Position numbers and translations under genes: made by a program. The notes below the pieces were generated by a model. That model was not told where the DNA came from, made no database searches, and was given only the letters and a program-made list of their open reading frames with translations. Below, piece by piece: positions 22,701 to 35,882 of a stretch of 64,000 nt of DNA; positions within the stretch are counted from its first letter, which is position 1, and the number at the start of each line of letters is the position of its first letter. Origin of the DNA: Trichosphaerium sp. ATCC 40318. Lineage: Eukaryota; Protista; Tubulinea. The stretch spans positions 39,304 through 103,303 of the forward strand of contig JALMLS010000237.1 of assembly GCA_038496445.1 (NCBI GenBank). Reading direction: 5' to 3'.

Positions 22701-24670
22701 AATTAAGCTTATGCTCCCAGTTATGTAACCCAGTAAAAAATTGAATACACCACATATAATTATCTACATCCATAGGGTGTACATGACCAGGCTAGAAGAT
22801 AAATCCAGTAAGAACATAAAGTTGAAGGTAGCTAAAACTAAAAAGTGAACGCACTCTTGCAGAAACAAACAAATCTTGAGTTGCAGTTTTCATCATGCCT
22901 TAAAACTTTAAGTAAGTTTTCCAGTTATCAGTTAACCATTCATTACGTACTATCATATGTTGTCTGTAGTATTTGTGTAGCAAAACCCTTGAGTATGACT
23001 TGTACGTCATGTGCACTGCCGTATGTTTTTGATGGAGGCGGTTTTCTACCTGTCATTTTTTGTTAGCCGTATGATTACAACATTTTCTTCTTTTTTTCTG
23101 ACGTACCTCTCCTGACTTTTGTAGTTTCTTCTTTTACAGTATTATTGAGAATTTCTGATGCAGAAGAGTTGCTCTTAGCCTTAGCTTCGGATACAGAACC
23201 AGTCTATCGAGAGTCAAAAAGGGTTCCAACAAAATTAATAAACAACGTACAGCTGTGTTTACTTTCCAGAAGCATCCACCAAACCTGTTGTGTCTGGCAA
23301 ATGACATTGGATCAAATTGACGTTCTTGCTCTTGTTTCTCTTTGATAAGGTGTTGCTTAACAAGGCGTCCAGTAGAGGTCCCTTTCTTGTTCTACAAAAC
23401 AGTTTTAGCCACAAGTTGTACGGTAGACGAAAAAAGTAGTCGCTCAGCGACTCATTAACAGTTGAGCGCTTGGTACTATTATCAAATATGTTACGTACTT
23501 TGTGAAGTCTATAGGCGTCTACTAGACCTTTTGGAGTATCTTTACGGAGCATAAGATAAACAATTTCAAGCAACAACAAATTCCATTTTACATTGTGTTT
23601 ATCCTACAATTTGTGAGCTTTTACCAAAACTAGAGGAGAACTTATTGATCTGATCTGTTTACGTACATGTATAGAAGCGCCTACTAGCGAGAAAAAATCG
23701 ATTATATTTTGTTCATGAATAGCAATGATGAAGTGATCCTAAAGAAGGCTGTATTAATAAAAACCGTTTCAATGTGGAAAAAAGTTCTCGCATGAGATAA
23801 TAACCGCAGTAATCAACGTGTTGTAGTTGTTGTACTATACACACGATTGTGGTGTTTAATATGCGTACTTGTAGACGATGCATGTGCTCTTCACTAGAAG
23901 TACTGGAAGGTGGATCTGGGATGAACAACAAGTTACGGAATAAGTACAAAATATACTCTATTAAGCGTGTATCACGCGCATCGCGCTCCCTTTATCGTGT
24001 AAGTCATTTTCGATTTTTTTTTTGAAATTTAAACGTACTTTGGTTCCTTGCTTACAGGCTCGCTCAATATTTGCATGAGTACATTAAGCGCTTTACCTCT
24101 AATAAACTCACGCTTGTATTGTTGTAAATACTTGATTTGGAGAGGAGTATTTCTGTCTTTTTTTTTTTCGAAATTTGTGATCATGTACAACAATTTCACT
24201 GCGAGAGATACGTTAGAAGTAGAAGTTATACGCGAAAATCTTATTTTAAAGCAGCATACGTGTTTGTTCAATCAGTTTTGGGTCAGGGTTTTCAGATTCT
24301 TGCTCTAGAATCAATAACGGCAATAAATGTTTACTAACGACCTGTATTCGTAATGAGATACATGTTTGATTACGTTTCTGAGATTATGTACTTGCCTGCC
24401 ACTTTCCTAGCTGAATATTAAATTCGCGCCCCTCGTTATCTCTTCTTAGTGCTCTTTGTACGTCTAGAATACACTCTACGATGTTTTAATACCCTTCGTT
24501 TTAAATAATTCAAAAACAAGTAACCGCTAAATTACAAATGCCGTACCAAGCGATTCTTCGCTCTTCTCATACTTAGTAATGATGGTATCTGTCTGAACAT
24601 CGTATTCTTCAACATCGCTACCAATACCCTTTACTTTAAACAGTAGATCCGTAACGTGGCGATTTAGCAT
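19724..24670 (-). CDS. TIMELESS: Timeless/Tof1 replication-fork protection protein, many exons
   Basis: ECILDVQRALRRD, VKLLYMIT, YLQQYKREF, RLIEYILYLFRNLLFIPD in the Timeless N-terminal domain; acidic/basic low-complexity C-terminus. Confidence 0.8.
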
Positions 24671-24930
24671 GGTGTAACACGCTCTGTAGTCGTTGGCGCC
24701 AACTTTTTTTGCACTCGAGTCAAGCTTTTTATTCTGTCGTTTATTTTGCGCTTAGCACACTACATTGTCATCAATTGCGCATTGACACTGTAGAATAAAT
24801 CGCTACGGCAGTTTTTTGACGAGTATACAACAAACAGTGTTTTTTTCACGTATTACATCAAAAGTACATTACACAGCGTCACTATTTCATCGTGTTGCTA
24901 CAATGCTTTATTCTTGCTGATGAAAGCAAG

Positions 24931-25566
24931 TTAACTATTATTCTCCGTGCTTTTATTAACGTCCAGGTCCACTGTAATAATCGCATCCTCTTTACCCTGT
25001 GCGAGAGTAGATATACACAAACTATCATCCATTTCAACATAAGTTTTCAAGAGGATTTGCTTGGTCGTTGGCAAGTTTAGTTTGTTTTCGATGATTTCTT
25101 TAATGTCGCCAAAAGTTTTGCTACCTTCAACCTCAATGGTTAGTTCCTGTCCGTTTAAAAACGCTCCCACTATATCACCATTACGTGGTACACTTACAAC
25201 CACTTGGACGCGCTCTACAATATCCTCTTTGGCAGTGACAGATGTATCAAATGGCTTTGCCTCTTCATCAGAATTTTTTTTTGTGATAACTGGTGATCTT
25301 TCTCCTTGCGTTGCTCTGTAATCTCTATACCATTTCGTTATTTCTGTAGTTGTATGTCCTTGTGGTTTGTAGTAGTCTATCCATCCTCTTAGCTCTTCTT
25401 TATTGTGGTGTACAGGTATGGTTTCTTCTTTTTTTTGCCGTTTGGTTTCAGTTGGTTGCGTGTAGGTGCTTCGTTTACGTTTTTTCTTGGTTGACAGAGG
25501 ATATAATGGTTTATCCATTAACGCCCAGTTCACTCCCGACCATTGCGGTCTTGGTATAGATGTCAT
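24931..25566 (-). CDS. Intronless protein with an NLS-like basic patch and a C-terminal ubiquitin-like domain
   Basis: KKKRKR; LTIEVEGSKTFGDIKEIIENKLNLPTTKQILL..MDD is Ubl-like. Confidence 0.7.
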   Translation of the reverse strand: MTSIPRPQWSGVNWALMDKPLYPLSTKKKRKRSTYTQPTETKRQKKEETIPVHHNKEELRGWIDYYKPQGHTTTEITKWYRDYRATQGERSPVITKKNSDEEAKPFDTSVTAKEDIVERVQVVVSVPRNGDIVGAFLNGQELTIEVEGSKTFGDIKEIIENKLNLPTTKQILLKTYVEMDDSLCISTLAQGKEDAIITVDLDVNKSTENNS

Positions 25567-25814
25567 GTTAAGCAAAAAGGCAAAGAAACCGCTATAGAAA
25601 ACTCAACATTTTTCAACAATTCTACCAGGATGACCATACAGAGTACTGTTATTAAGTGAGGTGCCGTAAGTTTCGTGGCAGATGTCCAAAATCTCAGGTA
25701 AATCTTTGGATTACCGGTCACCTGCCACGAAATTCACGGGTGTAACTTTACCATCTGGATAGAAATACACCAAAACAATACAGTTAGTACTTTGTTTATT
25801 TTCATTGTAGTCCA

Positions 25815-27264
25815 CTATTCACTGAGTAACAACGCTACACAAGAAGGCAATATATCAATTAGCCTAAATTTAATTGTCTGCCATTCTAGTGCAGTGACAA
25901 ACGCGAATGCCTCCCTTCTAGATTTGAATACAATTTTTAAATCTAAGTTAAAAATACTGACAACCGTTGATTTTACTTTTGGTATCGTTATCCCATTCAC
26001 CTTTCTCAAATTAACTTTCATGAATGGAACACAATTGTTGGCCTAAAGAATATCATAAGCATACCGGACACGTTAATGTACATTGGTTCAAAAGACTATA
26101 CTTTTGTAATGGTCAAGAAACCGCCTTGAACAGAAATACCTAAGTTGTAGTTAGATCAATTGTTCTATTTTACAGTAACTTGCGTAAGGGAGAGTGCCAA
26201 TGAAGTATAGATCTCCAAACGCATTTTGTTCTTGCAAGTCCGTTATACGTGAAATGAGGAGAATAAAGGAGCAAAGGGTGCGCAACAGCGGATTGAAATT
26301 GACATTTTAAATAGTCTCTATATAGCACTTAACACAATTTGATAAAGCAGTTGCTACAACGTACTCTGAGAAACCTTTGGCTAGCGCTGATGTTGTATAA
26401 GCAAAACGGTCGTGGGTCATAGAAGCAGTCCTGAAATTGAAATTATGCACTTACACTGTAAGAACGTAATGAGGCGTACCCACTTTGAACAATTAGGCGG
26501 TAGCAAAAAGACATTATATCCTTAGCGTTTCTAGTTATATTCTTATTTTGTTTCAGGTATTCTTCAGCAAATTCTCGGAGCATCCTCATGTCTATATTGA
26601 TATATTTACCAGGTAGTTTAACAAAACATAACACAGCCCAACTATCGATTAATAAAACAAAATTAAGTCACTGACGAGCCTCAAGCAATGTGGTATTGTG
26701 TGGTTTCCAAACTTAAAGTGCTTCAAGAACATACGGAAAAGTTCAATCTTGTAAGAAAAGAATTCACCTAAACAATCAGAATGTCAAAAAAGATGCAAAG
26801 AATACACTACGCGAAAGAAACAACAGATCACGTGCCTAAAAGTCTGCAATTTAAAGAAACCAAATTATGTACAATACATGATGCTATGCTTTCATTCGTA
26901 TCAACGACGCCTTCATCAACGAACAGGCTGTCAAAAAAAAAGTCAAACGACATTGAAAAAACGATTGTCACAACAAACACGTGCTAACTTACTTCATTGC
27001 ACTGAACGGTGAAGTAGCAAATAGTCTATTGAACGATGACATCCTCTTGAACTTTATTTTCCACGTGTCTTTGGAAGAGAGTGACGGCGTTTTTGATATT
27101 TTGAAATGACGGATTGCTAAGTTCTTCCAAAGACAATCACAGCTCAATAACGATTGTATTCTTCTGTTTGTTGCTGAAAGTGATAATAGAGTGAAAGCAC
27201 TAAGGTATTGAGCTAATTCATACAGTATATCATCAGGAAGATGAGCTGTTGCGTCTGTTTGCAT
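25815..27264 (-). CDS. F-box + divergent Sec7 + PH-like domain protein, multi-exon
   Basis: F-box LPDDILYELAQYL..LSATNRR..DCLWK; Sec7-like FATSPFSAM.LFVDEGVVDTNESIASC..LLG|EFF..FLKHFKF..IPHCLR..VKLPGKYINIDMRMLREFAEEYLKQN; PH-like KVNLRKV..FKSRREAFAFVTALEW. Confidence 0.72.
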
Positions 27265-27359
27265 TGTATTGGAGATTATTGCCTATTTATTTGAAATACG
27301 GTAATAAACGCGTCAAGATGACTTAAGCATACAATAAGACTTGGACTTAAAATGAGGAT

Positions 27360-28863
27360 TTATTTGTTTTCCTCGCTGTACTTCTTTGTCATGAGTTCAT
27401 CAAGCAATTTAAAGTACTGTTTTCGATACACTTGCATAGGTCTATACCGCACAATGTACTGATTTATAGCGGTGTCCCAAGCATCAATATCCTTCAACAT
27501 TTCTTTTTCTGTTGGAAGCTCACACTCTCCTGCTAGTAATGAAGCGAACCACTCACTCTGTTTCTCAGCTACAGGATGCAAAGAACCATCTGTAGTAGGT
27601 AGTGCTATAAAAGCAATGTTTCTTAAGTTTGGAGGGAACACAAACTTATACAACGAAACTCTGCTTGGTTCTTCTCTAATTTCTACAGTTCCATCTTCAA
27701 GAAAAGGAAAATTATACTAAAAATGTTGTCAGTTGTTAGGTACAAATGTCATTAATTAAACCTCGTTACCTTAAAGCCCCAACACCATATGATTGCATCT
27801 ATTTTAGCATTTGTTCCATCTTCAAAGAAGACGGTGCCAGAACTTAACTTTGTAATTTTTCCTTTTCGATTGTCATCATTACTTTTATCTTCAGGCTTTA
27901 CTCTCCCTAGTAGCTGTGCTATAACACTAGGCTTTTCTACTTTCTTAGACACGTGGCTATAAAACTTATGTTTAGTTGACTTAGTACTAAGCTAGTTTAC
28001 ATACCGTCTTGAAGAACCAACTGTAAAAGATGCTACTTTGCTCACCTCGGAAAACATTTCAGATCCGCTTATTCCTAAACCAGATACAAGAACACGTTTT
28101 CCTTTAAATAATTTAGGGTATCTGTATTTATGACTGTGTATCTGTAATCCTGTTTTATAGAGCTTTAGTAAAACGCACAATGAACGTGAAGTACCTTTAA
28201 AGCTTGACAAGCCAGGAATTTGTTTTTCAGTCGGCCATATCTCATCCCAATGGTGACCTAATATGTTAACCCTGACACCACTTTAAGTGATCTGTACCAT
28301 TACAAACTGCTACAGCATGAACTGTATGAGTTTTAGAAACGCCATTCGAAACTGTAGTAACCGCCCAAGTGTCACTAAACAAGTAAGACTCTATATTACA
28401 TTATTTCTTTTGTTTTTCCAGTAGTTTTCGTACTTTGTGTTGTGCTTGCACGTGACAACCTCGTGTTTAAACTTTATATATTGTAGCAGATTAAACGTTT
28501 TACAATAGTCTTCGAGATATGTTAACACTTGTTGATGACTAAATACGAGTAAGATAACGTATGCGAAAATGTAAGATTGAAAAGGATTCTGGTGGCTCGT
28601 GAGTACCTCGGAAAGTCGTAATAACTCTCTGGCATAGGTAAATCACTATATTGCGTGTTATTGCGATAGGTGTTAGTCGTTAATGACGCATAGCACGAGT
28701 GTACAGAAGTATCACTGTTAAAACGCCATAAACCGCCTATATTATCCGTTTTCTCAAAGACAAGAGGCTCTAGGCATTTGTCCGCCAGCTTCTTAGCACA
28801 TACAATTCCAGCAGGTCCAGCACCAATGACAGCTATAATTCTCTTGCTTTTAGGCTCCGCCAT
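27360..28863 (-). CDS. Flavin-containing monooxygenase (class B FMO), multi-exon
   Basis: IAVIGAGPAG (FAD), GGLWRF, FKG.QIHSHKY (FMO motif), RVLVSGLGISG (NADPH), DAIIWCWGF. Confidence 0.92.
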
Positions 28864-28988
28864 TTGAACCGCAATTGTCAAAACAAGTTACGTTTTACTT
28901 TTTACGACTTAGCGTGTATTTAGTCAATATCACCCTTACACACGTTCCGGAACCACTCTTACATCACTACTCACACGAAAGTTGCATT

Positions 28989-30319
28989 ATGATGCCTTTA
29001 CGCTCTATTATAAAAAGTATTGCGTTACTTGTGTTATTTATCACTTCTGCTTATGCACATGCTGTACGCTACGCTCAAACATGAATAAAAACGCATTAGT
29101 ATTAACTTGCGCTAGCGATTTGTGTGCCCACCACCTAGAAGCTCTGATGCTGGTATTAAAAACGTAAGCGTCGCGTACAGAACCTTTTTACGTTGTAACG
29201 ATTTAAACGCTACTGTCATATCTCAAACTTCGCTAACACTAACTAATAGGGCCCTTGCGGAGCTCAGACAAATATGCTCAACATTGGACCAAAAACAACG
29301 ATCGCACCAGGACCCTTTACTATTTACTGGGAAGAAACCATCAGTCATGGTGGCTCTCCTTTCCGTATAAGCCTCAGCATAAACGATGACTCAAAATACG
29401 AACAATACGGTACGCAACTTTCCAAAAACGATTTTTTTCTTTTTTTTTTCGTTTCCTTTTTTGGGAAAGGCATAAAAATGTTAATAATATGCGTAGTGCT
29501 CTTGGATCATATCCCACATAACGACGGAAGTAAGTTAAAAGGACTTTCATATGTTTCAACGAAACATAGCAAATAGCTGGTTTTATTAATACCAACTTAG
29601 TGGAAAATAGCTATGCTGTCACTGTTAATATTCCAGATATCGACTGCGAAAACTGTGGTTTACAACTAATCAATTTTATGACTGTACGTTAGAACATTTC
29701 TCAAAAAAAGAAAAAAAAACGAAAATAACAAAAGAAGCCCTTCAAAGTGCCCTTCTAAACTCTGCTTTTTATCTTTCTAGCACATCAATTTTTTTAAATT
29801 ACTTAGTATTCTATTATAGGATAAACTCAGATGTACGTCTTTCAGGTGGTTTCCAACAAATCATCTACGAGAATTCTCGCTGTATTTTTTGTTTTGTTAA
29901 CTCAAGATTGTATTTAGTCAAAGACGGAGACTGGTCTGACACATCTCAATGTGATTATGACCCACAATGTCATCATTTTGGTTGCCCTGAACCTATTTGT
30001 TTCAGCCTTTACCACTCTTGCTCTAATATAAAAATTGCAGGGTAACGTTAAATTTTTTGGAACTTTTATCCTAATTTTTTCTGTTTTTAGGTCTCAACCA
30101 ACATCTGAGTATATGTACTCCTATAATCCACCACAAGGATGGCCTTTTGGTAATATAACTTTGTTTCTATCGTTGTAAATCCCTTACCTTTTGATAGCAC
30201 TTGGTAACCCATATCTCGTTGGTGAATCAAGTCAATATGATGGTATATGGGTTCAAGGATTCAATGGACCAGAAGTAGGCTTTTGCGCACCCCCAGGTAC
30301 ATTTACAATGCAAAAGTAG
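28989..30319 (+). CDS. Secreted His-brace LPMO-like copper protein, multi-exon
   Basis: Signal peptide ending AYA, mature start HA|RFVCPPPRSSDAGIKN|GPCG; WEETISHGGSPFRI; VNIPDIDCENCGLQL; YHSCSNI. Confidence 0.78.
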
Positions 30320-30385
30320 TAGAGTAGTAGAGTAGTAGTAGTAGAATATAGTTAGTAGTAGAGTAGTTATAGAGTTAATAGTTAG
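30315..30385. repeat. Imperfect (AGTAG/AGT)n simple repeat just after the LPMO-like stop codon
   Basis: agtagtagagtagtagagtagtagtagtag...gttagtagtagagtagt. Confidence 0.8.
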
Positions 30386-30795
30386 TTACGACTATGTCAA
30401 AAAGTAGATGGTACGTTTAGTTGCAATAGTAAGGTTTTGAAGTAGAACAACAAAGATCAACGTTACAGGGTGTTTTATAATTATAAAATGGCCTTGCGGA
30501 ATGAAATAATATAGCATTATTGCATGTGATATAGCATCGAGGAATCGAGTCAAGCGCTTATAGGCGCTTTGTGAACTGTACAAAAAATAAAACGAGATAG
30601 ATTTGGATAAATTGTGTATTGTAGTGACGTCACCAAAACCATTAAACGAGCAACCAGCGATTAAGGGTTTGATGATTGTTTGAGGAGTACGTTAAAACTA
30701 TGTTGATCACTTGTGTCAAAGACTTGAAACGACTTTTTAAGCGCTAGTTTTTTTGATATCCGTATCAAATAAAAGAACCGCCAAACCAAAGCACT

Positions 30796-33218
30796 ATGGC
30801 TTTTTTTCATCCCTCAAGCCGTGCTTTTCGGTATATTATGCTAGGCATCATATCTATGATTTGCTTCGGTACATACTTTTCATACGATGAGATACAGTCT
30901 ATATCGAGCAAATACATGAATCCTGCACGTGATATTTTTTTGTAGTTATTTTCGCTTCCCGTTTGTTTTTTCTGGCTTTTCTTTACGTCCTTTTTAGTTA
31001 TTATACGTTATTGTTGTGGCTAAAACATGTTTAGGATTTAAACATCAATGATGGCCAATTTTTGATATTATACTCTGTGTACTCGATACCTAACACTGTA
31101 TTGGTCTTTTTTGGTGGCATGTTTGGCGATTACTTTGGTTTGCGTCTTGCTGGCATTATTTTTGTTTCTCTTTCACTCACAGGTGCGTTTGTAGTCGTTT
31201 TTTTGATGTTTTAGAAATCTCTCACGTGATTTCCAACACGAACAGAAAAACGTGGTTGTAACGTCACTAAACCTTTGTATACAGGCACTACAATCGTTGC
31301 GCTTGCCCCGTTTACTAAAAAATATCGTGCGCATAATGTTCCTTTCTACGTAATGGCTGTTGGACGTTTTATATTTGGTATGGGCGCTGAGTCGCTCAAT
31401 GGTAGGCTGGTTGTTGTAGTTTTTTTTTATTGTATTACTCTTTTGTTAACCTTTTTTGGGAAGTCACGCAGAGTTCTATGATATCTAAGTGGTTCAGCGA
31501 TGGCACAGAGTTGGCTACGGCGTTTGGATTAACCCTTGCACTGTCAAGATTAGTATGGAGCCAATTTAGAAACCTTTTTTAATAAGTTGTGTGACACGCT
31601 TACTTGTATGTTTTTTTTGAAATAGGGTGATTATCTGGCTATCGTAACAGGAGATAAAATAGCAAAGGTTGCTGGTGGTAGATACGAATGGACACTATGG
31701 GTAGGTACGTTCAAAATAATCTTAAATATTTAAGACATTTTGTTCCTGACAAAATACGAACCCCAAGGTGTAATTGCTGTCGGTTTATCTTTAACAGCAG
31801 TCCTCTTGTATTGTTTTCTTGATATATTCGCTGGAAAGTAAGTATCAAATACCTTTAAAAACAATTTTGAAACGAAAAAGAACTCAAGCATCTGGCTTCC
31901 ACAAGTGCTGGAGGCTGCCGCTTGTTGTCAAGTACTTACTCTTTGTGGCATTTACCATAGTCTTTATATCTAAATTATGGTTGAGAGGTTTATTTATAGG
32001 TACTAATAAGCTTATTTGTAGGGCGTTACCAAAAAAACCGATGAAAAAGGAAGAAATAAGATTTAGTGCAGTACTTCACTTTGATAAGAGATTTTTCCTT
32101 ATCGCTTTTATAACGATGACTTATTACGCTGGAGTATTACCTTTCACTTCACTTGCCACGTGAGTTACACGTGATAGACATTTCTTCCTTTACAGAAATG
32201 CTCATTCAAGTTTTTTTTCATTTTCGCAAAGCCAAGATTGTTGTTTCCTTTTTTGCTCAAACTGTTGAACGCTTGATATTCCCACTCGGATTAAATCTTA
32301 CTTTGGACACTTAGGAACTTTATCGAAGCTAAATGGGGTCCTTACACAGTAGATAACAAGTTTGTTTACAAAAATGCGTCAACAATATCTGGTATTGTTG
32401 TACTTGCTTCAATAGTATTATCTCCACTGCTAGGTACGTCAATTGTGAATTAATCTTTTATCAGGATAACACTGTACGTGACTTTGACTTATTATCTTGA
32501 AAGGCAAGCTTGTTGATGTTGTTGGATATCGTCCATATTTCAGTAAGTAGCGTCATAAATAGTTTTTAGTTAAATGTTATGTTAGTACTTTTGGGCTCGT
32601 TTATAATGATCCCTGCTCACTGTCTTCTTGGTGCTCTTAATTTAAATCCAATATACTCTTTTGTTGCTATTGGCCTTTCGTTCGCTCTGGTTCCTTCAGC
32701 GCTATGGCCTTGTATTCCTTTAATTATCAAAGAAGAAAATACTGCAACTGCTTTTGGTCTTATGGTACTTTTCAATTTGAACTATGTATCAAATCCCCAC
32801 CCATTTCTAATCTACATTCTAGACAAGTATCCAAAACGCTGGATTAGCCATTGTAGGAGTTGTTGTAGGACAAATTGTGAATGCATACGTAAGTGCTACA
32901 GACGACAAAAAGGAGCAAGTCAAAGGTAATTATTTGGATTTTTCTTATTGGATTTTTTTTTCAACAATTGTTTAAACCGTTTGTAGGTTATAATTATGCT
33001 ATGGCTTTCTTTGTGTGTATGGATTGTATTGGATTTTTACTTACAGAATGGCTTATAATCGTTGATCATTACTCTGGGAAGACTTTATGCAAAAAGTCAC
33101 AGGCAAAAGTGAGACCTGTTTTTATCCGAGAACTGACCCTTTTTTTTCAAACTAGAAACAAGAGGTCGATGACGACGCTAATGATCCCCTACTATCAAGT
33201 GATCAAAATATTAACTGA
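30796..33218 (+). CDS. MFS transporter, MFSD1-like (lysosomal type), many exons
   Basis: FGTYFSYD, LYSVYSIPNTVLVFFGG..GDYFGLR, GRFIFGMGAESL, ALVPSALWPCIPLII; C-terminal acidic dileucine. Confidence 0.88.
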
Positions 33219-33695
33219 TACACGTATAAAGATGCTAAACAAGGACGCAAAATTTTTTGTGTGTTACCACTTTCCAACACGTGGGGCGAATATAAATAAA
33301 AAAGAATTTAAATTTCAGCATTAAGTGTAACATCAGCTAATAGCAAGTAAGTCACTGTTTGAGTACTGGTAGCCTGTTCAACGATTACAGGTAATGGCAT
33401 GTAGTACCTACTTTATGTCTAGTCATTAACACTTGGATAACTTGCAAAATAACCGTCTTGTTTCTGTCAAACAATTTATGTTTTGTGACAACAAAAAATT
33501 TAGAGTCAACACGCTCGCATTGCTTCCAGATTTGACATGATCGCTAGTCTCAAATGTCAGATGCCGGTGGTTACATAACGCTAGGTCCAAGAAGCGAAAA
33601 AATTTTCAAGTGACTTCCTTCTCCTGTTTTGAAATGTCTTGACATGTTCTGACCGTCGCACTTCATATATGACATCAATACATTCTATTTAGTAT

Positions 33696-35735
33696 ATGCA
33701 CCGCATACATAGGCGAAAGAGCCGTAACAGCTCTTCAGTAGATCAAGCAAGTTGTCATTAAACTTGTAATTGTTCTAACACCTTTTCTAGCATGGCCCGG
33801 TTGCTCCAAGATACCGCCAGATATGGGCTATAACAACTCTTATCCTTTTTACTGCTTATTCAGCGTTTTTCGGGTATTACTTCGTTTTTAAGCTTTCTTT
33901 GGGTTTAATGGGTTATATTATCATTTCATTCGATATAATAGTCTTATTAGTCATTGCTTCATCAATGTTAACGCGTATACCCATTCACGTGTTATCTTTA
34001 AGCTTTTTTTTGGCGTTTTCTCTTATTATCAAGCTCACTACAATGTACATTAAAAAAAACAATATCAGAGGCGTCACCGCTATTGTTAGCGAACAAGATA
34101 TTTTTGGCAAAGAAAATATTTTGACTGTTTTGAAGTTCTCAACACTTCTTCTTTATAGTATTCATAAGATACTACGGCCTAGTATATTTGATCAGTTCTT
34201 TCTCGTAGCAGAGCTTGAGGTTGTTACTATAACGATGGATATACTGGATGGAGTGACACTCTTTGCTGCTTCTATAAGCGACGAGGTTAAAGGCTTTGAT
34301 CAGTTAGTAGCTCTTATTCTTTCTGGATTATGGCTTTTTAATGCGGCATCACGTGTTATTATTTGTCAGAGTGTTCATGTCGGGAATGCTGTAAAGTGGT
34401 GTTCCAGAAGAGGAACAGCTTCCATTGGCTTCAAGTACGTTTAGTTGATTTTATATGTATGATGGATTGTTTCTCATTTTTTTCTTGTTTAGTATACGGC
34501 TATCAGCAAGTTCATTGTCGTTACCTTTAGATATTATTAGTCTTGTATTTAGAGGTTATTTGTACTATAGTAGAGGCGTGAGAGATCCTAGTCTAGCTGT
34601 TTCAGAGTACGCATTTAAGAATATTGGGCATATTGTAACAACAGGTATATACTTTTGTTTGCAGTTTTTCTTGCTTGATTACTGATTTAATCGCAGGATT
34701 TTTATGGATATCAAGGTTTTCTAAGAGTGAACATGTATCAATTACAAGTTTCTTCTCTCTGATCAAACTATGGGCTGTAATCTCTTTTTCATTTTGCACT
34801 ACAATTGTTCCAACTTTTATTTTGTATCATGCGAAACAAAATTACTTTTACTTGCTTCTCTTGGTACCTGATATTCTTTTGCTCTCCTGTGGTGTTACAT
34901 GGATATTCAAGATTCCTGGTGGAGATGACAAAGGCTTGGATAAGTCTAACAGAGGGAGATGGATGACTTTTTATTTAGGTCAACATTTTGTGTTATTATC
35001 TTGGCTTATAGCAAAACTTGCTCTGACCTTTTTTGATATTCAACAAGATACACTTCATCTAACTATTCTCGTCATACAGAGTGTAAGTTTTTTTGAACTT
35101 GCTGCAATATTTCTACTTGATGTGGCATCAAGAGATGGAAAGAAAAGACTTTACAGCCAAAAAACGGAATCAGGAAACCGAGTGAAAATGGTTGAAAGTG
35201 CACTATACAACGAGTTTGTGTACGATATTTCGAGCGCAGCAGTGTTCTATGGTATTTCTAATACTAGCCATACACCTGGCATACCACAATGGGTATTTCT
35301 TATATTTTGTTTCCTTGAGATCATCAACGCTTTCATTGGAATTCTTTATATTTCTAGTGTCTTCAGAAGAACATCATATGAAGGTGTTGGTATAAGGTGC
35401 GTACTTACTTAATTTTGAAGAATATCACGTGATAAAATTAACACTTGGTAAATAGGCTTGCCACTATTAGAAGTATTAGAGCTCCTTTGGAGCTTGCTGC
35501 GTTTGTATTCAGAGTTGTTTTATGGCTTCATTTTAACTCTTTACCTTCTGTTTTTCTGATAAAAAATGTTTACCAGTTGTTCCAATCAATTACTTGGATG
35601 TGGTGGTTGTATCAAGAAGAACATGGTAGAACTTTTGATGCTCTTTTACATGAAATACTTAAACCTACAGAATGCAATGTAAGTCCCTCACATTATATGC
35701 ATAATGAGGTTGGAGCTCAATATCAACAGATTTAA
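33696..35735 (+). CDS. Multi-pass membrane protein with two tandem TMEM121/CECR6-like domains
   Basis: First half MDILDGVTLF...LDIISLVFRGYL...FKNI; second half YDISSAAVF...LELAAFVFRVVLW...FLIKNV; halves joined in frame by an intron near 34644-34695; start is approximate. Confidence 0.6.
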
Positions 35736-35882
35736 GCATCAATTGCTTCCTGTTATTATCTTGTTGTACTGGTGTTGTAATTATACGTTTTGCTCACGCA
35801 TTGCTATGTGTTTTTTTGACTTTTTCAAGTGCTGTTGATTACTCTAGTGTGAATGTGAAGGCATAGTCCCTTTGAGACAAAC

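Noticed and set aside
26092-26115. AAGACTATACTTT resembling the U3 snoRNA 5' end
   Set aside because: It is the antisense of an exon-intron junction of the F-box-Sec7 gene; no U3 boxes follow
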